A DNA stretch of 63,995 nucleotides, counting the filler, from Aduncisulcus paluster (Eukaryota): assembly GCA_024181965.1 (NCBI GenBank). It is 5 parts of 5 records of this genome, joined end to end, with 100 filler letters (N's around TTAATTAATTAA, not from the genome) between each part and the next. Parts side by side here need not be neighbours in the genome. Positions count along the whole stretch, not along the records: positions 1 to 26,846 come from BQXS01009685.1; positions 26,947 to 48,273 come from BQXS01009686.1; 3 more parts are not named here. One strand, written 5' to 3'. Position 1 is the first letter of the stretch. Every line of letters begins with the position of its first letter. The position numbers were made by a program, and so were the translations under genes. Below the pieces are notes generated by a model. That model made no database searches. It saw only the letters and a program-made list of their open reading frames with translations, and was not told the DNA's origin. This document shows positions 23,316 through 35,405 of the stretch, piece by piece.

Positions 23316-26300
23316 TTACACAAGAGAACAAATGTGGATATACATATATATTAAAATTTCGGAAGGAATGGATAGATCTATCCCAAAGTTCTTGAGATTA
23401 GACTCAGGGTCAACGAAGCAACACATCTCAGCAATTTCTTGCTTCGCTGGCATCTCAAATATCTTTTGGACAGCATTCAGAAATTGTTGGCTGGGGTTTT
23501 CACTCAGCTTCTGGACCTCAGGGTAACGAACCACTCCAGAATCTAAACATTCGCCAGGCTCTGCATGAATATCAGGCTTTTTAGTGTTCGACTTTTCAAA
23601 TTTCTCCTTTGCTCTTGTAGTCAAGATTCTAAGTCTTTGACAAGCGTGAAGGAATAATCGAGAAGCTTTACCAAACATGACTGCACAAATGTTTAAGAAG
23701 AAAGCGTGGGAAGCTGGGGATTTCCATTGCTGAACAGTTGAGGTCTTGACAGGCCAAACCTTTGAATACTTTTCCTTAATATCGGGGTATTCCGTGGATA
23801 TCCCAAGAGACCACATGTTTAAGAGATCCGCTAAATCTTCAAATGGGATAATATTCTTCTTGAAGAACCTACAATGAAGATTCTGTACTTTTCCTTTGCT
23901 CATTTTAATGGATCCAGAACATATTTTGGGCACATCTTTCTTCTTCTCCTCTTCTTCTTTGATTTGTGTAATGTCAGCCTGTTGCTCCTTCGAGAGTGGG
24001 GTCGTCCAATCCTTCATTCCTTTCTCGACATGCTCATTCATTTGATCCCATATTTCTGAAATTTCCTTGTTAATTCGTTTCAAAGTCGATGAATCTTTTG
24101 TGGAGTCGTGACGACATACAGCCTTATGTCTATCTTCGATCACCTTTCTTGCCCACTTTGTCTTTGGAACTTGAACTACTCGAGAGTGATACACATCAGA
24201 CATATACTGTGGAGATACAAAGGAAACAGTACTGATGGATGTGAACAATGTGAGAGTTCTTGTATGTAGAATACTGAGGTTTGGCAAGAACATACAAAGC
24301 TGGAACAAGGTCTGAGGAATCCGTAGGACAAAGCAATGGGTCAGAAAATGTAAAGGAGAACAGATGGGAGACCTGAAGACGATTTCTTTCATCAAATCAA
24401 TACGAAGATTTTGTTCAGACAGCTTCGCTTGGATGGGTGTTTCATAATCTGTATGCTGGCGCTTCAGGGTTTCATCAATAATCGCATTTACAAGGTGACA
24501 GAATGTTGTCTCAGCCGAATCGCGGTCAAGTTCATCGGCATCACGCATCCAACTGCATGCTGGCCCGACGACACATTCCTTTTGATCACACGCAAGGGGA
24601 CTCGTGCTTAAAGAAGAGAAATCTCTCCCGACAGAAGCGATAAACGAGAGAAGAGCAAGAAGAGAAGAGGAGAAATCAACACAAGGATCCATGGACACAC
24701 ATTTAGAGAGAGGAATCTTTCTACCACTAGAATCAGTCCTGTATTTGTAACCGAACAAAGGAGCTCTCTCACGTTCTATCTTCAAATCTTCTTCAGAAAC
24801 ATCCATTCTACCCTCACACATGGAGATTGAATGGGCATGGCTTTCGATTCGAGTTACAAAACCTTTCGCTTCTTCACAAACCTTCGCCTTTCTAAGAGTG
24901 TCTTCGTTGACATTTCTATTCTTCTCTCGGAATCTCTTTTGTCTGGCAACTTTGAGAGCACGTAAATTTTCTTTGAACCTAGTCTTTTCGTCGTCCAATC
25001 TTTTTTGAGTCTCGGAAGAAACAACTGGATTGTACTCAGTGTCATCGTCAGAGTTATCGCTATTCTCCCCTTGAATTGCAGCCACAGCTTGTCTATGTCT
25101 CTCTTTCTCCTCATCCTCAAGCTTTCCAGCTGGCTCTTCGTCCTCACTCATTTCGTCTGGTAATTCATACTCTCCCAACTTATGCCCAAGGGAAACATAT
25201 GCCTCTTTGCCTTTTGGAGTGTACAATTCAAGGTGGAGAGAGGGCTCGATGTCAGCACCTCCAAAGGTCACATGCTCATCGGTATCAGACTGAGATTCAG
25301 CTGGAGAGTTCGTGACCATCCTTGAAGCAGGATCTGACTTTGTTGGGTTCCTTACAACTTTGGCAGGGATCTTGTAGTGGTGCTTCGTGGCAAATGGATC
25401 TACTACAGATGAGGACGGGATGGCTTTGGCAGGAGATATTACTAGTTCATGTTCGGAACTAAAGGAACTGGCGTAAATGGAATCCATATTTTCAATTTCC
25501 CAACGTTGTTTCTCAATTTTTCCAGAAATAGCCGTGGCACATACAAGGAGCATTGAATGGATATGAACAAGGGATATGATTTCGCGTGTAATTGAAGCAT
25601 CCTTGATTAGTGACTGTCCCTTCGGTGAAGATTTCTTTATCTTGGGGGGGGGAGAAGCATTAGAAATAAGTTCTAAAACCCACTTATTCTCCCAAATACA
25701 AAGGATATCCTCATCTTTCTTCTCTTTCTTTTCCTTCTTTTCCTTCTTCTCTTTCTTCTCTTTCTTCTTTTCTTTCTTTTCCTTCTCTTTTTCTTCTTTC
25801 ATTTGTTGAATAATATCTTGGATAGACAATTGACCTTCCGATTTACCGCTCATCGCGGAAATGTATTTTTCATAAGCACCCTTGCTCACCCAATTCAACA
25901 CAGCCGTGCCAGTCTTATCTGGAGACACAGAGGACCGTTCTTTCTGAGCAATTGAAAGACAGATGGCAGAAGCATTAAGAGTTGTCGATATGGAGGACAA
26001 ACACTCCGCCAAAATAGAGGAAAAATGGAAGGGATCTAGGATAGAGGTGTCAAGTTCAGTTAAGAAATGGTCCTTTGAGTCGTCCACAGTCACTTTCATT
26101 CCTTTGATAGGGGCTTCCTCTTTTTTTAAGGATTTTTCTTCTACTTTCACTTCAAAGGTTTCGCGAATGTATTCTTCACGATTCATCCACAAAAGCATCG
26201 CTGTGGACATCATGAGGATAATATCAGGTTGGAGAGTGTGGAGATGGAAAGTAGTGAGGAAATTGAAAAAGGAAGACAAAAATAGAAACAGAGCGGGTTG

Positions 26301-26780
26301 GATGTCCGAATAAGTACACCGAACACACATGATAAGGACTTTGGCAAAACATCCGTGTTCCAAAAACAATCGGACAAGGTTCAGACGTTTCCGTTGGACA
26401 AGAGGGTGATGCAAATGATTAGGATCTTGAGCTCCAATCTCCTCGTCTTCAATGTGATTGAACGAAGGCAGAACATTCTCGACAATTGGGTGCAAAGCAA
26501 ATGGACAATCATCATAACGATTCTGAGCATCGGCCCGTATAGTAGTGTCGAAGGGATACTTCATTTGATCACTGCGCATCACACCAGTTAAGATGGTGGC
26601 GAAGAGATCTTGAACACACGGAATAGCAATAGATTCGCACAGAACTTCAAGGCACCAGGGATGAGCTTTCAAGAAGTCATACATCCTCTGAGGAAAATAT
26701 CGGGCTATTACAGATAACATGGTGGCAGCACGATCACACCTGACTCTGAGAACATGAGTGCAATCAGTGAATGGAAACAT
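23316..26780 (-). CDS. Large hypothetical protein, possibly SAPS/PP6 regulatory subunit-like; 5' end probably truncated at the scaffold end
   Basis: 1154-aa ORF. HPWCLEVLCESIAIPCVQDLF and LFQLCMFLPNLSILHTRT weakly resemble the SAPS motifs (HI..AIMDLL; LFF.YP.NNFLH). The frame stays open upstream of 26780. Confidence 0.5.
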   Translation of the reverse strand: MFPFTDCTHVLRVRCDRAATMLSVIARYFPQRMYDFLKAHPWCLEVLCESIAIPCVQDLFATILTGVMRSDQMKYPFDTTIRADAQNRYDDCPFALHPIVENVLPSFNHIEDEEIGAQDPNHLHHPLVQRKRLNLVRLFLEHGCFAKVLIMCVRCTYSDIQPALFLFLSSFFNFLTTFHLHTLQPDIILMMSTAMLLWMNREEYIRETFEVKVEEKSLKKEEAPIKGMKVTVDDSKDHFLTELDTSILDPFHFSSILAECLSSISTTLNASAICLSIAQKERSSVSPDKTGTAVLNWVSKGAYEKYISAMSGKSEGQLSIQDIIQQMKEEKEKEKKEKKKEKKEKKEKKEKKEKKDEDILCIWENKWVLELISNASPPPKIKKSSPKGQSLIKDASITREIISLVHIHSMLLVCATAISGKIEKQRWEIENMDSIYASSFSSEHELVISPAKAIPSSSVVDPFATKHHYKIPAKVVRNPTKSDPASRMVTNSPAESQSDTDEHVTFGGADIEPSLHLELYTPKGKEAYVSLGHKLGEYELPDEMSEDEEPAGKLEDEEKERHRQAVAAIQGENSDNSDDDTEYNPVVSSETQKRLDDEKTRFKENLRALKVARQKRFREKNRNVNEDTLRKAKVCEEAKGFVTRIESHAHSISMCEGRMDVSEEDLKIERERAPLFGYKYRTDSSGRKIPLSKCVSMDPCVDFSSSLLALLSFIASVGRDFSSLSTSPLACDQKECVVGPACSWMRDADELDRDSAETTFCHLVNAIIDETLKRQHTDYETPIQAKLSEQNLRIDLMKEIVFRSPICSPLHFLTHCFVLRIPQTLFQLCMFLPNLSILHTRTLTLFTSISTVSFVSPQYMSDVYHSRVVQVPKTKWARKVIEDRHKAVCRHDSTKDSSTLKRINKEISEIWDQMNEHVEKGMKDWTTPLSKEQQADITQIKEEEEKKKDVPKICSGSIKMSKGKVQNLHCRFFKKNIIPFEDLADLLNMWSLGISTEYPDIKEKYSKVWPVKTSTVQQWKSPASHAFFLNICAVMFGKASRLFLHACQRLRILTTRAKEKFEKSNTKKPDIHAEPGECLDSGVVRYPEVQKLSENPSQQFLNAVQKIFEMPAKQEIAEMCCFVDPESNLKNFGIDLSIPSEILIYMYIHICSLV

Positions 26781-26846
26781 GGGCTCCTCACATTCTTCAC
26801 CTGCGTCCTCTGTTCTCCTTGGAACTTTCCTCGATGAGTGGTGCTT

Positions 26847-26946
26847 NNNNNNNNNNNNNNNNNNNNNNNNNNNNNNNNNNNNNNNNNNNNTTAATTAATT
26901 AANNNNNNNNNNNNNNNNNNNNNNNNNNNNNNNNNNNNNNNNNNNN
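26847..26946. other. Artificial scaffold linker N44-TTAATTAATTAA-N44
   Basis: A six-frame stop cassette flanked by Ns; identical at four positions in the window. Confidence 0.98.
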
Positions 26947-27063
26947 TAACAATAAAAATACTTGTGGCTGTAGCAAATTTACTTTAATAGACTTCAATGG
27001 TCATAATGCTTGTCATGTCATCCCTCATGACAAGCTACAGTACCTTACAGTACGTTAATAAAA

Positions 27064-27136
27064 TACATCTCCTGGGACTTGAACCCAGGACTAGCAGTAC
27101 AGCAGACAGCTGCCATACCAACTGAACCATATATGA
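27064..27136 (-). tRNA. tRNA-like sequence / tRNA pseudogene (nominal anticodon GCT)
   Basis: 73 nt with canonical spacing: TCATATA TG GTTC AGTTGGTA TGGC A GCTGT CTGCTGT ACTGC TAGTC CTGGG TTCAAGT CCCAG GAGATGT A. Perfect T-arm, A and B boxes, TTTT directly 3'. The acceptor stem has 3 mismatches. Confidence 0.65.
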
Positions 27137-27202
27137 CATTTTAATATTTTCATGATTGGATATCTAAAGGTGATCACCACAAAAGTTTTTTAGCTACTAG
27201 CT

Positions 27203-28302
27203 ATGGGTAGTACCCATGGAAAATGCAGAAATGAATATCTAAATGAAGTATTACGAAATGGCTACTCACATACAAATGCTGATCACCCTCACAAAATTAT
27301 TGCAATCGAGAAAACAACAAGAAAAAAACATGCTTTTTCATATCACTCAAACTACCTTGATAATATATATGTTTTTTGTGGATCTAAAGTAGATTATAAT
27401 AGTTATTTATTATTTCTGGAATCTGAACTTCAGATTGTTGAACAAACAGGAAAAGAAGAAGAAGAGGACTCCTCGGAGGAAATGCAGACAAAACGAACGT
27501 ACAAACGACGCCACAGCTCCATTAGTATCAGTGATACCCCCAATTATTTGGCCGGAAGTGATATAGATGATGATGTATATTTTGAACCAGGCAAAATCCG
27601 CGATATTCCAAGAACAGTTAGAAATGTAGAAAGCCGTGATGATTATGATGATACCGATGTCCTTGCATATTCCAGTTGCTACGATCCATTAACTCCTGAA
27701 AATCCTCATGATGAACTGTGTAGAGTCATACAGAGTGCCGGTATTTCCAAAACGGCTTATGACAAGCTACGGGCAGTATTGATCAAAAAATATCATCTTC
27801 CTGCATCAACTCCCGATTCCAAAGAGCTAAATGAGGCGAGAGAACGTTCCTTCCCAGTCCTGCCGATGGTTAGAAAAGATTATCACTACTTCCCCATCAG
27901 TAGTTATGTTCGATATCTTTTCCCAAAAGTCCAATCCTTATCATCAACGTGTAAATACACAAGAGGTAAAGATATATATGAAAGATTTTTCCGTGTTTCC
28001 AGATCGACTGATAAGATTGTTGGTGTTGTGTTGAGTATGGCTTTCAGACAACTTCCATATCTGGACGAAGTCTCCAGGGATTGTATGCATCATTTATCCC
28101 TTCAACAACAAATGTATCTGTTGTGCTATCAATATATGAAGAGAAACAAGAGAGAAATGTGATGAAGGACGTAAATAAAGACCTCCAATGTTTGGGACTT
28201 GGAGTGGAAACTGATCGTGGGACAATATTCTGCCCAATGAAAGAGGAAGTGGGAAGCAGACATCGATACTGCCGTGACTTGGCTCTCACTTCCTGTCTAT
28301 GA
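27203..28302 (+). pseudogene. Frameshifted Plavaka/CMC-like transposase fragment
   Basis: Stitching frames gives YHYFPISSYVRYLF...VGVVLSMA/SDNFHI/SGRSLQGLYASF...KDVNKDLQCLGLGV. This parallels YHWMTPLSSIQYFL...VGLILYMDGVHIDGRGGTALCVRY...DDVDKLHVGV in the 58-60 kb protein. Confidence 0.55.
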
Positions 28303-29084
28303 TTGGTGAGATCGCTATTCAAGTCAAGAAATATTGAGCAAATTGAAAAGGTGGCGGCAGAAGATTTGTGGTGTAATCACATGCTGCATGATGAAAGGAG
28401 AGAAGGAGAACACCTTCGGAGATGTGGAAGGTTATAAGACCAAAAGAACTCTTCTATTGTGGTTTTCAGTGTTTTGTTGAGTTTCCATCTCCAACAAGCT
28501 TGGAACAGTGGTCATGAAGTCTACGATGATAAACCTTCCAAGGGCTGAGAAAATAAGTTTTCGAGGTATCACTGAAGAACTTCCACCCCGACATGCTCTC
28601 AGTGATGACATCGAAATTTGTGAATGATATGATCCTCCAAAGTGGGATCACAATAGAATTGGGAGTAGATGAATGTTTGGCCATCGGTATCTAAGAGTCT
28701 ATGGTCGCCGACAGTCCACAACGAGTCAAAGACAGCGGATTGGAGGTGCATTACACCATGCTTCCTTTGCATGGCAAGAGGAAATAAAGTTCTGCTTGGT
28801 GATTGCAGGACGTCAAGACCCGATCTCAGAGGGATCATAAGAGCTACCCAAACTTGCTCTTTGACATCCGCTATCATGAAGGTACGTGCACTGTCAATAC
28901 TCTCCGAGATGAGCATATTCCTTCTTCCTCTTCCTTCTCCTGTGTAATGCAGCATTCGCCGTAATGGATCAACATCTCAACTCAACAGGATGCACGCATT
29001 CCTTCTCTCTCTTCTACACGAGCCCAGCGTGAGATAGATTGCCGTGAGAAAAGAGAAGTTGAAAGAAACAAAGTATTTGCTTCA

Positions 29085-30040
29085 ATGGAGATACGAAAAT
29101 TAGCAGCTTGTAGTCTGCGCTTCATGTGGTGTAGAGATGAGATTCGGAGTCAGATTGGATTTACATGTGAGGCATTAGATGATTGTCATGTTCCCGAGAC
29201 ACACCCTATTAGAGGAATTCTATCAGTTGAAAATGTTATAAAAACTGAACAACAATTGCTCCCGTTGATTCCTATAACATTTCACGACTTCCATTACTTT
29301 CCTGTTTCTGCCTATATAAAGGCTATTTTTAGTTCGAATAGACAACAAAATATAATCCTTTATCAGAGGCATCTTTTCAATCGGAACGCAAAGATCAAAT
29401 TCTAGATTCTCTTGGAAGAAGGCATCCAATACACGTGTATCCATCAAATCTTGAGAGATATATTTTTCATGCTCTTCATTATGATATTAAGGAGTGCACA
29501 TGAGGGATCCATTGTGAATATGGAGGGGAAAGCCTCATCGTATATTGTGATATATTCGCAATTTGTGCAGACTCAAAACAGCACAATCTAAATTGTGGAA
29601 TCAAAGGATGTTCCTCACATTATCCGTCTCATCATTCCATCACTATGATAACAGGGGAGTCTCGCCCAATATCAGATGAAGAAAGGTCATATGATCAACA
29701 TATGAGAGATTTTGGCATCATTGATACCCAAGGATCCTCTCCTAATGGTGTTAAAGATCTTCCTTTCCTTCCAAAGCCTGATGGCTTGAGCACATTCAAT
29801 CTCTTTTGTCATCAACCAAAAGATATTCTTCATACGGCACATCTTCGCCAGGGTGAAAGGGTTGTTATTCTGCTTGAAAAGCTGCTTGGTGACAAATCAT
29901 TGTGTGATCTTGGAAAACAAATCCACTCCTTAAAACCCATTGTAACGATGAAAGACGTGAGGATTTGCTGTAATTCCTTTATCGGAGACATCGTTCTGGG
30001 ACTTGTTCGAGCACAGATCATTCGAGAAAACTCAGCTTGA
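29085..30040 (+). pseudogene. Second degenerate transposase fragment
   Basis: LPLIPITFHDFHYFPVSAYIKAIF is paralogous to FPVLPMVRKDYHYFPISSYVRYLF (27.9 kb). KDILHTAHL resembles the DLLH motif. Confidence 0.45.
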
Positions 30041-30736
30041 AGGCTTGTATTGGTAACATTCCACTATATCTTACGGCATACTCCATTAAATTCCTCCAAA
30101 ATATATGGTTTGATTTATGATGTTTCTATGTTATTTTGAGAGCTTCCAATAACCAAAATTCCCCCAACCACCACCACCCCACCCCCCACCCTGTTCATCA
30201 TACTCTCTGTTCATCATACTACCTCCATTTTCTTGTGATAGCCACCGGTATCAACCGACATTACCGGTATGTGGCCGATATTTCCTTATTCAATAAATTT
30301 GCTCGTAGTCACTTACATAGCACAAGTCAATACCATGATATTCATCCAATCATTATGACCCTTCTTCTCATCAGATTATTCATGAGCACATTGGATCATT
30401 TAATGTTTCTGCATTTGAATATTGTGGAATCGAATTGATTCTCTCAAATGAATAAATTTGCTAGCCACCAATATAAATTTAATAATTTTATTGGTTAACA
30501 ATATCACGAAAATTAAGTGATCTCTGTGAACTACGAAGCAGTGGATCATAAATGTTAAGATTCTCATTATTGTATTCACATCAAAGAATCAATTTCTCTT
30601 CCCGAGGAGCTCCAGAGAAAAAGAAAAATTGTTGATTCTTTATTGTTTCCAAGAAGAGTTACATCTCAATCCATTGTCGAAAAGAAAAAAGTTGATTACG
30701 TTGATTGAAAACATTATCATTTCAATTTATCTAAAG

Positions 30737-32472
30737 CTATAATGTTTGACTACTATCTTGCATTATTCCAACCCTTTCAAGACCCCCACTACGACATAAT
30801 ATTGACCGTTTCTTTCTATACTTCTGAATTTTCAAAACATCGTGCATTGTAGGAACAGATTGAACAGTCACGGATGATTTACCAATCAAATTTTTCTCAG
30901 ATATCACAGGACAGGAGTGACGTTTAGTTCTTGTTGATACAATCGAAGGTGTTGTTGTCAAACCGATGGCACGAGCACCCAAAGTAAGCTTTCGCTTCTG
31001 TCTCATCCTTGCAGCTCTCCGTTTTTCAAGCCATTTATCTTTGAAAACATGGTCTGGGAAAATGGAAGAGTATAAAGGTTGAAGAAATGGGTCACTGGTT
31101 TTCATTCCGCTAACACGATAGTATTCGACGAGTTCCTCTCCGCTTAATACTTGTCTTGCGGGACCACTATGTGTCATAAATAAATGCGGGTGAGCTTGTT
31201 TATAAGCTTTTATCCGTTGTTTGGCTATCTGATTGACAACAGACATCCCATCCCCGTTTGTTGAACCCATTTCTTCAGTGAAACGTTGGGGTTTGAGAAC
31301 ACGTTGTGCTGTGATAGCCGCACTCTCTGTATGAATATTCGTGTATGAATGGGGAATGCCAGAGCCAGAAGAAGATCCAGAGCCTGGACTGGAACGAAGG
31401 GTAGATGTAAGACTACTTGAAGAACCACCGACTCTTCTAACACCAGAAATGCTCCCTCTGGCTGCATAAGAAGAAGAAGGTTGTTCAAGAACACCAAGAG
31501 CATTGTCAATTTCTGCCATGCTCGTTGTGGTATCGTGAAGAGGTCTATCCTGTCCTTGCCTGCGTATGAGAGAAGTGGCTTGGAGAGATCGTGCCTTCTC
31601 GGCGAATACAGATGCTGGTGGACGGTGCTGTGTAACCTTAAAACGTCCTAATACTCCTCTATCTTGAATTGACTGGTAATCACGCCTCGCAAGAACATAA
31701 CTTCTAATTGGATCACGAAGAATATCGGGACCAGCGCTTCCATCAATTCCGTTGTATAATTGTGTGCTTTGTGTTGGGTGGAGGTTTTTTTTAGATCTCA
31801 AGTCAAAAGAAGAGGACGTAGATCGTCTCATGCGTGACATTGGACTGTGGCCAATCGTAGTGTCAACGACAAAGACGTCATCGCAGTCAAACATATTCTT
31901 TTTAGCTTTTTGATAGGCCTGAGATTTCCTACGTTCTTGATAAAAAGTCTGGGACGATTCGGGAGGTACAACGGGCAAAAGGGCTTGAGCAGCTTCAATG
32001 GCGGCACCTACGCAAGCATCACCGGCTTCACGGGCTTCTTTTTTGCGTTTGTATCGTATATATGTTTGAGTTCTCTCCAATCTTTTCCCACCTCCAAATT
32101 TTTCTTCCCAAATTCTATGAGCTTCATCCTCTCTTCTTTTCTTTTCTCTCACGGCAAAGGTTATATGTTTTCCAATATTTTTACCAAATACCTGATGAGT
32201 GTGGGCATAATCTCTTTTCTTTCGCTCAGAAACTAGTTGAGAGTAACTAAGAGCTGAGGACGATCGAGTCCTGTCTGTATCAGCACATATTCGTCCTATA
32301 AAGATACATGAAATAATAGATTTGATGGATATTTTATGAAAATTATTGAAATAAGGAAGATAATATTAGGATTCAATATTTTGGAGGAAAAAATATTTAA
32401 AAAATAAAAAATTGTTTGAATATATGAAGGATGTTCAAAATAATTACCAAAATACATACGAGATGCCAACAT
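30737..32472 (-). CDS. Hypothetical basic, low-complexity protein; predicted join of 32472..32460 and 32295..30737
   Basis: The track ORF starts at GTG 32152, but the frame is open to an AG at 32297-32296. ATG TTG GCA TCT C followed by a GTATGT donor at 32459 splices in frame (MLASRRICADT). Confidence 0.6.
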
Positions 32473-33737
32473 GTTATCTTGAATGGTTCAAAAAACATAT
32501 TTTGGCGAAATTTTTAAAAATCCATAAAATAAATTGAATTAAAAATGGTACAATTATAAATTTTGTATATAAGGAAAAGTAGTGTGAATCATTTATATTA
32601 CGTATATTTGATAATATAAAGAGAACCATAAATTCATGTAAAAAATCCAAACACCAAAAGAAGTGTCTTATTCGTGCACAACTACATCAGACCATCCTGA
32701 ACATACATATCATTGCATCAATATAATAATATTTTTTTTTTTTTTTTTTTTGATATAGAACCCTCCCATTTCTCAGCCACCGCCGGTGGAAAGTTTGTGT
32801 TTTTTTTTTTTTTTTTTGTTGTTTTTTATAAAAATGAAAGAAATGTACAGTGCAACCACCGTACAGGGGGGTGCCCCCACGGAGGGGGCAAGGGGGGGGG
32901 AATTTTACTCATTGTTGGCAGAAAATAAAAGAATCGAGTTCATATGGGCAGATCAAGTTCTCTTCTTATGATAAAGAATAAGTGTTTTTGGTTGAACTGT
33001 TCAGAGAGAAGAGAAAGGCTTGGATTCGGCAAAACAAAGGAAAGATCACGAATCGAGAATCATCATCCAAGAATAAGATGATGCGACACACAGATTGGGA
33101 ATAGCATTGATGTTATTGATGTGTTATTCGAGATTCAAATGAGTTAAGCGAGGGGCAGGTGTGTCAATTTGTCAATTGTTTTCAGAGACAATGGGTGGAA
33201 ACCAGGAGCAACGAACAGAACCAGAGAGTTGAGCGGTTTTAGTTTGTAGCAGTATTTTAGGGAGTAGTATGGCTTTTATCGTAATATTCCAGGAATATCT
33301 GGAATTATTTGGGAAAAATATTCTTAAGAGGTTGCACAATGAGGATGTTATGAATGACACAGTATAAAGAGAGGAATCAAATCAATAAATCCATGCCATT
33401 TTCTCCACAAAATGTTTTTTGACATGAGATTAGATCTTTTATCATGTTTTATCCTCTTATTCTCATCGATAAAAAACTCATTCAAGAAAGAGCATAAAAC
33501 ATCATATGTCGATGTTTGGGAGTTAATGTTTCAGTTAGAAATTAGCAGCAAAAACTCATTTGGTGGGAATCACTTTCAGTAAAATTGTGTATAGCAACAA
33601 AATTAACTTGGCGAAGCAGAAGTTCTGGATAAAGCATTAATTTTGCTGGGATCGAAGATTTTATTGATTAAAAAAGAATAAATGGAATATGCAGTTATTT
33701 TTAGAGCCTTTGTCGCAGTCTGAGATGCTCCAGCAGC

Positions 33738-33763
33738 TCACTGAACAGTATAGTGTTCAGTGA
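33738..33763. other. Perfect 10-bp hairpin downstream of PRP3
   Basis: TCACTGAACA-GTATAG-TGTTCAGTGA. Confidence 0.6.
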
Positions 33764-33852
33764 AACACTGTCACTCTATTGGCAATAGAATATATGTTAA
33801 TGGTATAAAATTTTATTATAGTTTCACCACACTTCGAATTGTCTTTTTATTT

Positions 33853-35405
33853 CTACAAATCATCGAGAATATCGTCCAACACATCACTTTTCTCTTCACT
33901 CTTTGCAGTGTCTTTAGAAGCCTCCGTTGATCTTGAAGGAACTGAGGGCGAAGAAGAAGAAGATAAAGCGAACATACTGACTTCATTCAGACCAACCCTA
34001 TTCAAAAAACGTTTGAGGTTCTCGATATTCTTAAATACTTTCATAGAGAAACCTTTGAAAGATTGGTATGTGCCTTTTCGCATTAGTTGTCCTTTCCATA
34101 TTCTTTTGATAAAGTTTCTTTCAATTTTTAACACAGGATTTTCCTCCATAAGCTCATCATATATTTTTTTGTTCCCATCGCGTCCGACTCCTTTCCCTCC
34201 ACAAGGAAATGATGCCCATGGTAATGATTCGACCATTTTAATATATTTTTTTATCGATTTATCATCTCCTTCAGCGATTATCAGACATAAATCATTATGG
34301 AAAGTGTCAGCTCTGGCAGAAGAATCGGGGATCGTGAATATTCCTCCTTCGATATTTGAATGGTTTTTCATTGAGGAGGTCGATATTCCATGCTTTTGTT
34401 TCGCATTTACAAACAATTTAAACTCAAGTTTGTTATGACCAATACCTCCACATTCCCAAACAACAACGCTCTTAACTGGGAGTTTCTTGAGTTTAATAAA
34501 CTTTTTTTTGGCTTCTAGTAATCGTTCTGCATCTGATTTCTTATTATCTGCGTTTCTTTGCTCATGTTCTTCTATTCTTCGCTCATGGGCACGTTTCAGT
34601 TCAAGAGAAACTTCAGTTGGGTTCAGAGGATTCATTGCAGNNNNNNNNNNNNNNNNNNNNTTTTCATTGAGGAGGTCGATATTCCATGCTTTTGTTTCGC
34701 ATTTACAAACAATTTAAACTCAAGTTTGTTATGACCAATACCTCCACATTCCCAAACAACAACGCTCTTAACTGGGAGTTTCTTGAGTTTAATAAACTTT
34801 TTTTTGGCTTCTAGTAATCGTTCTGCATCTGATTTCTTATTATCTGCGTTTCTTTGCTCATGTTCTTCTATTCTTCGCTCATGGGCACGTTTCAGTTCAA
34901 GAGAAACTTCAGTTGGGTTCAGAGGATTCATTGCAGCAAGTACCCTTGGAATTGCTGATAACTTGACCTTTGGTTCATGTTTAATAACACCAGCTTTGAT
35001 CATTAGATGACGTTCATCGCTCTTCTCCATCGCTACCTTCTTACGCTGTTTCCTCTTCTCCTTAGATGTCAAGAATACAACTGGTTGGAATGATTCAACG
35101 TTTAAACGAGAATAAATTGTTGTGGGACAGTCATCAATTCGTATCTCGTTAACAAAAGATGAAACAATGAAATCTGAGGGGCCTTGTTTTGGAATCAGGA
35201 GTCTGTCCCAGGGTTCTACTTCTTTTGGGAGGATTTCAACGGTTTCCCGATTAAACTTCTCGTACCTTGCGCGGATTGAACCCTGGGATCTCTCCGAGAT
35301 TGGGTTCCTTGTTGAACTTCGAAATGGAGGGTTTGTAACTTTTTTTAAAGTTAAAAATGATATTTCATTTTTCAGAATGTCATCTATTTCATTAATAGAT
35401 AACAT
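33853..35405 (-). CDS. PRP3: U4/U6 snRNP protein Prp3 (~418 aa after removing the gap duplication)
   Basis: VEPWD, VFLTSKEKRKQRK, EPKVKLSAIPRVL, NPTEV, HEQRNADNK, FKLFVNAKQ, IIAEGDDKSIKKYIKM and IWKG motifs. 34365-34640 is duplicated at 34661-34936. Confidence 0.88.

Larger units (their letters stand above)
26964..30468 (+). mobile_element. Degenerate DNA transposon (Plavaka/CMC-like) with imperfect terminal inverted repeats
   Basis: Left end GTGGCTGTAGCAAATTTA (26964-26981) and right end TAAATTTGCTAGCCAC (30453-30468). The interior is fragmented ORFs with motifs shared with the transposase at 58087-60094. Confidence 0.55.

Noticed and set aside
26802-26846. 45 nt identical to 16877-16921 at the scaffold end
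   Set aside because: Most likely a chimeric read or misjoin at the contig edge, not trans-splicing or recombination.
26891-26902. TTAATTAATTAA palindrome occurring four times
   Set aside because: Synthetic six-frame stop linker. ORFs ending in LIN or X runs are artefacts.
28300-29000. Short overlapping ORFs inside the decayed element
   Set aside because: No recognisable motifs; probably decayed sequence, and no product can be assigned.
32730-32910. Poly-T tracts followed by G/C runs (possible G-quadruplex or terminator)
   Set aside because: The pattern of inflated homopolymers after long T runs suggests low-quality base calls, so no feature can be supported.
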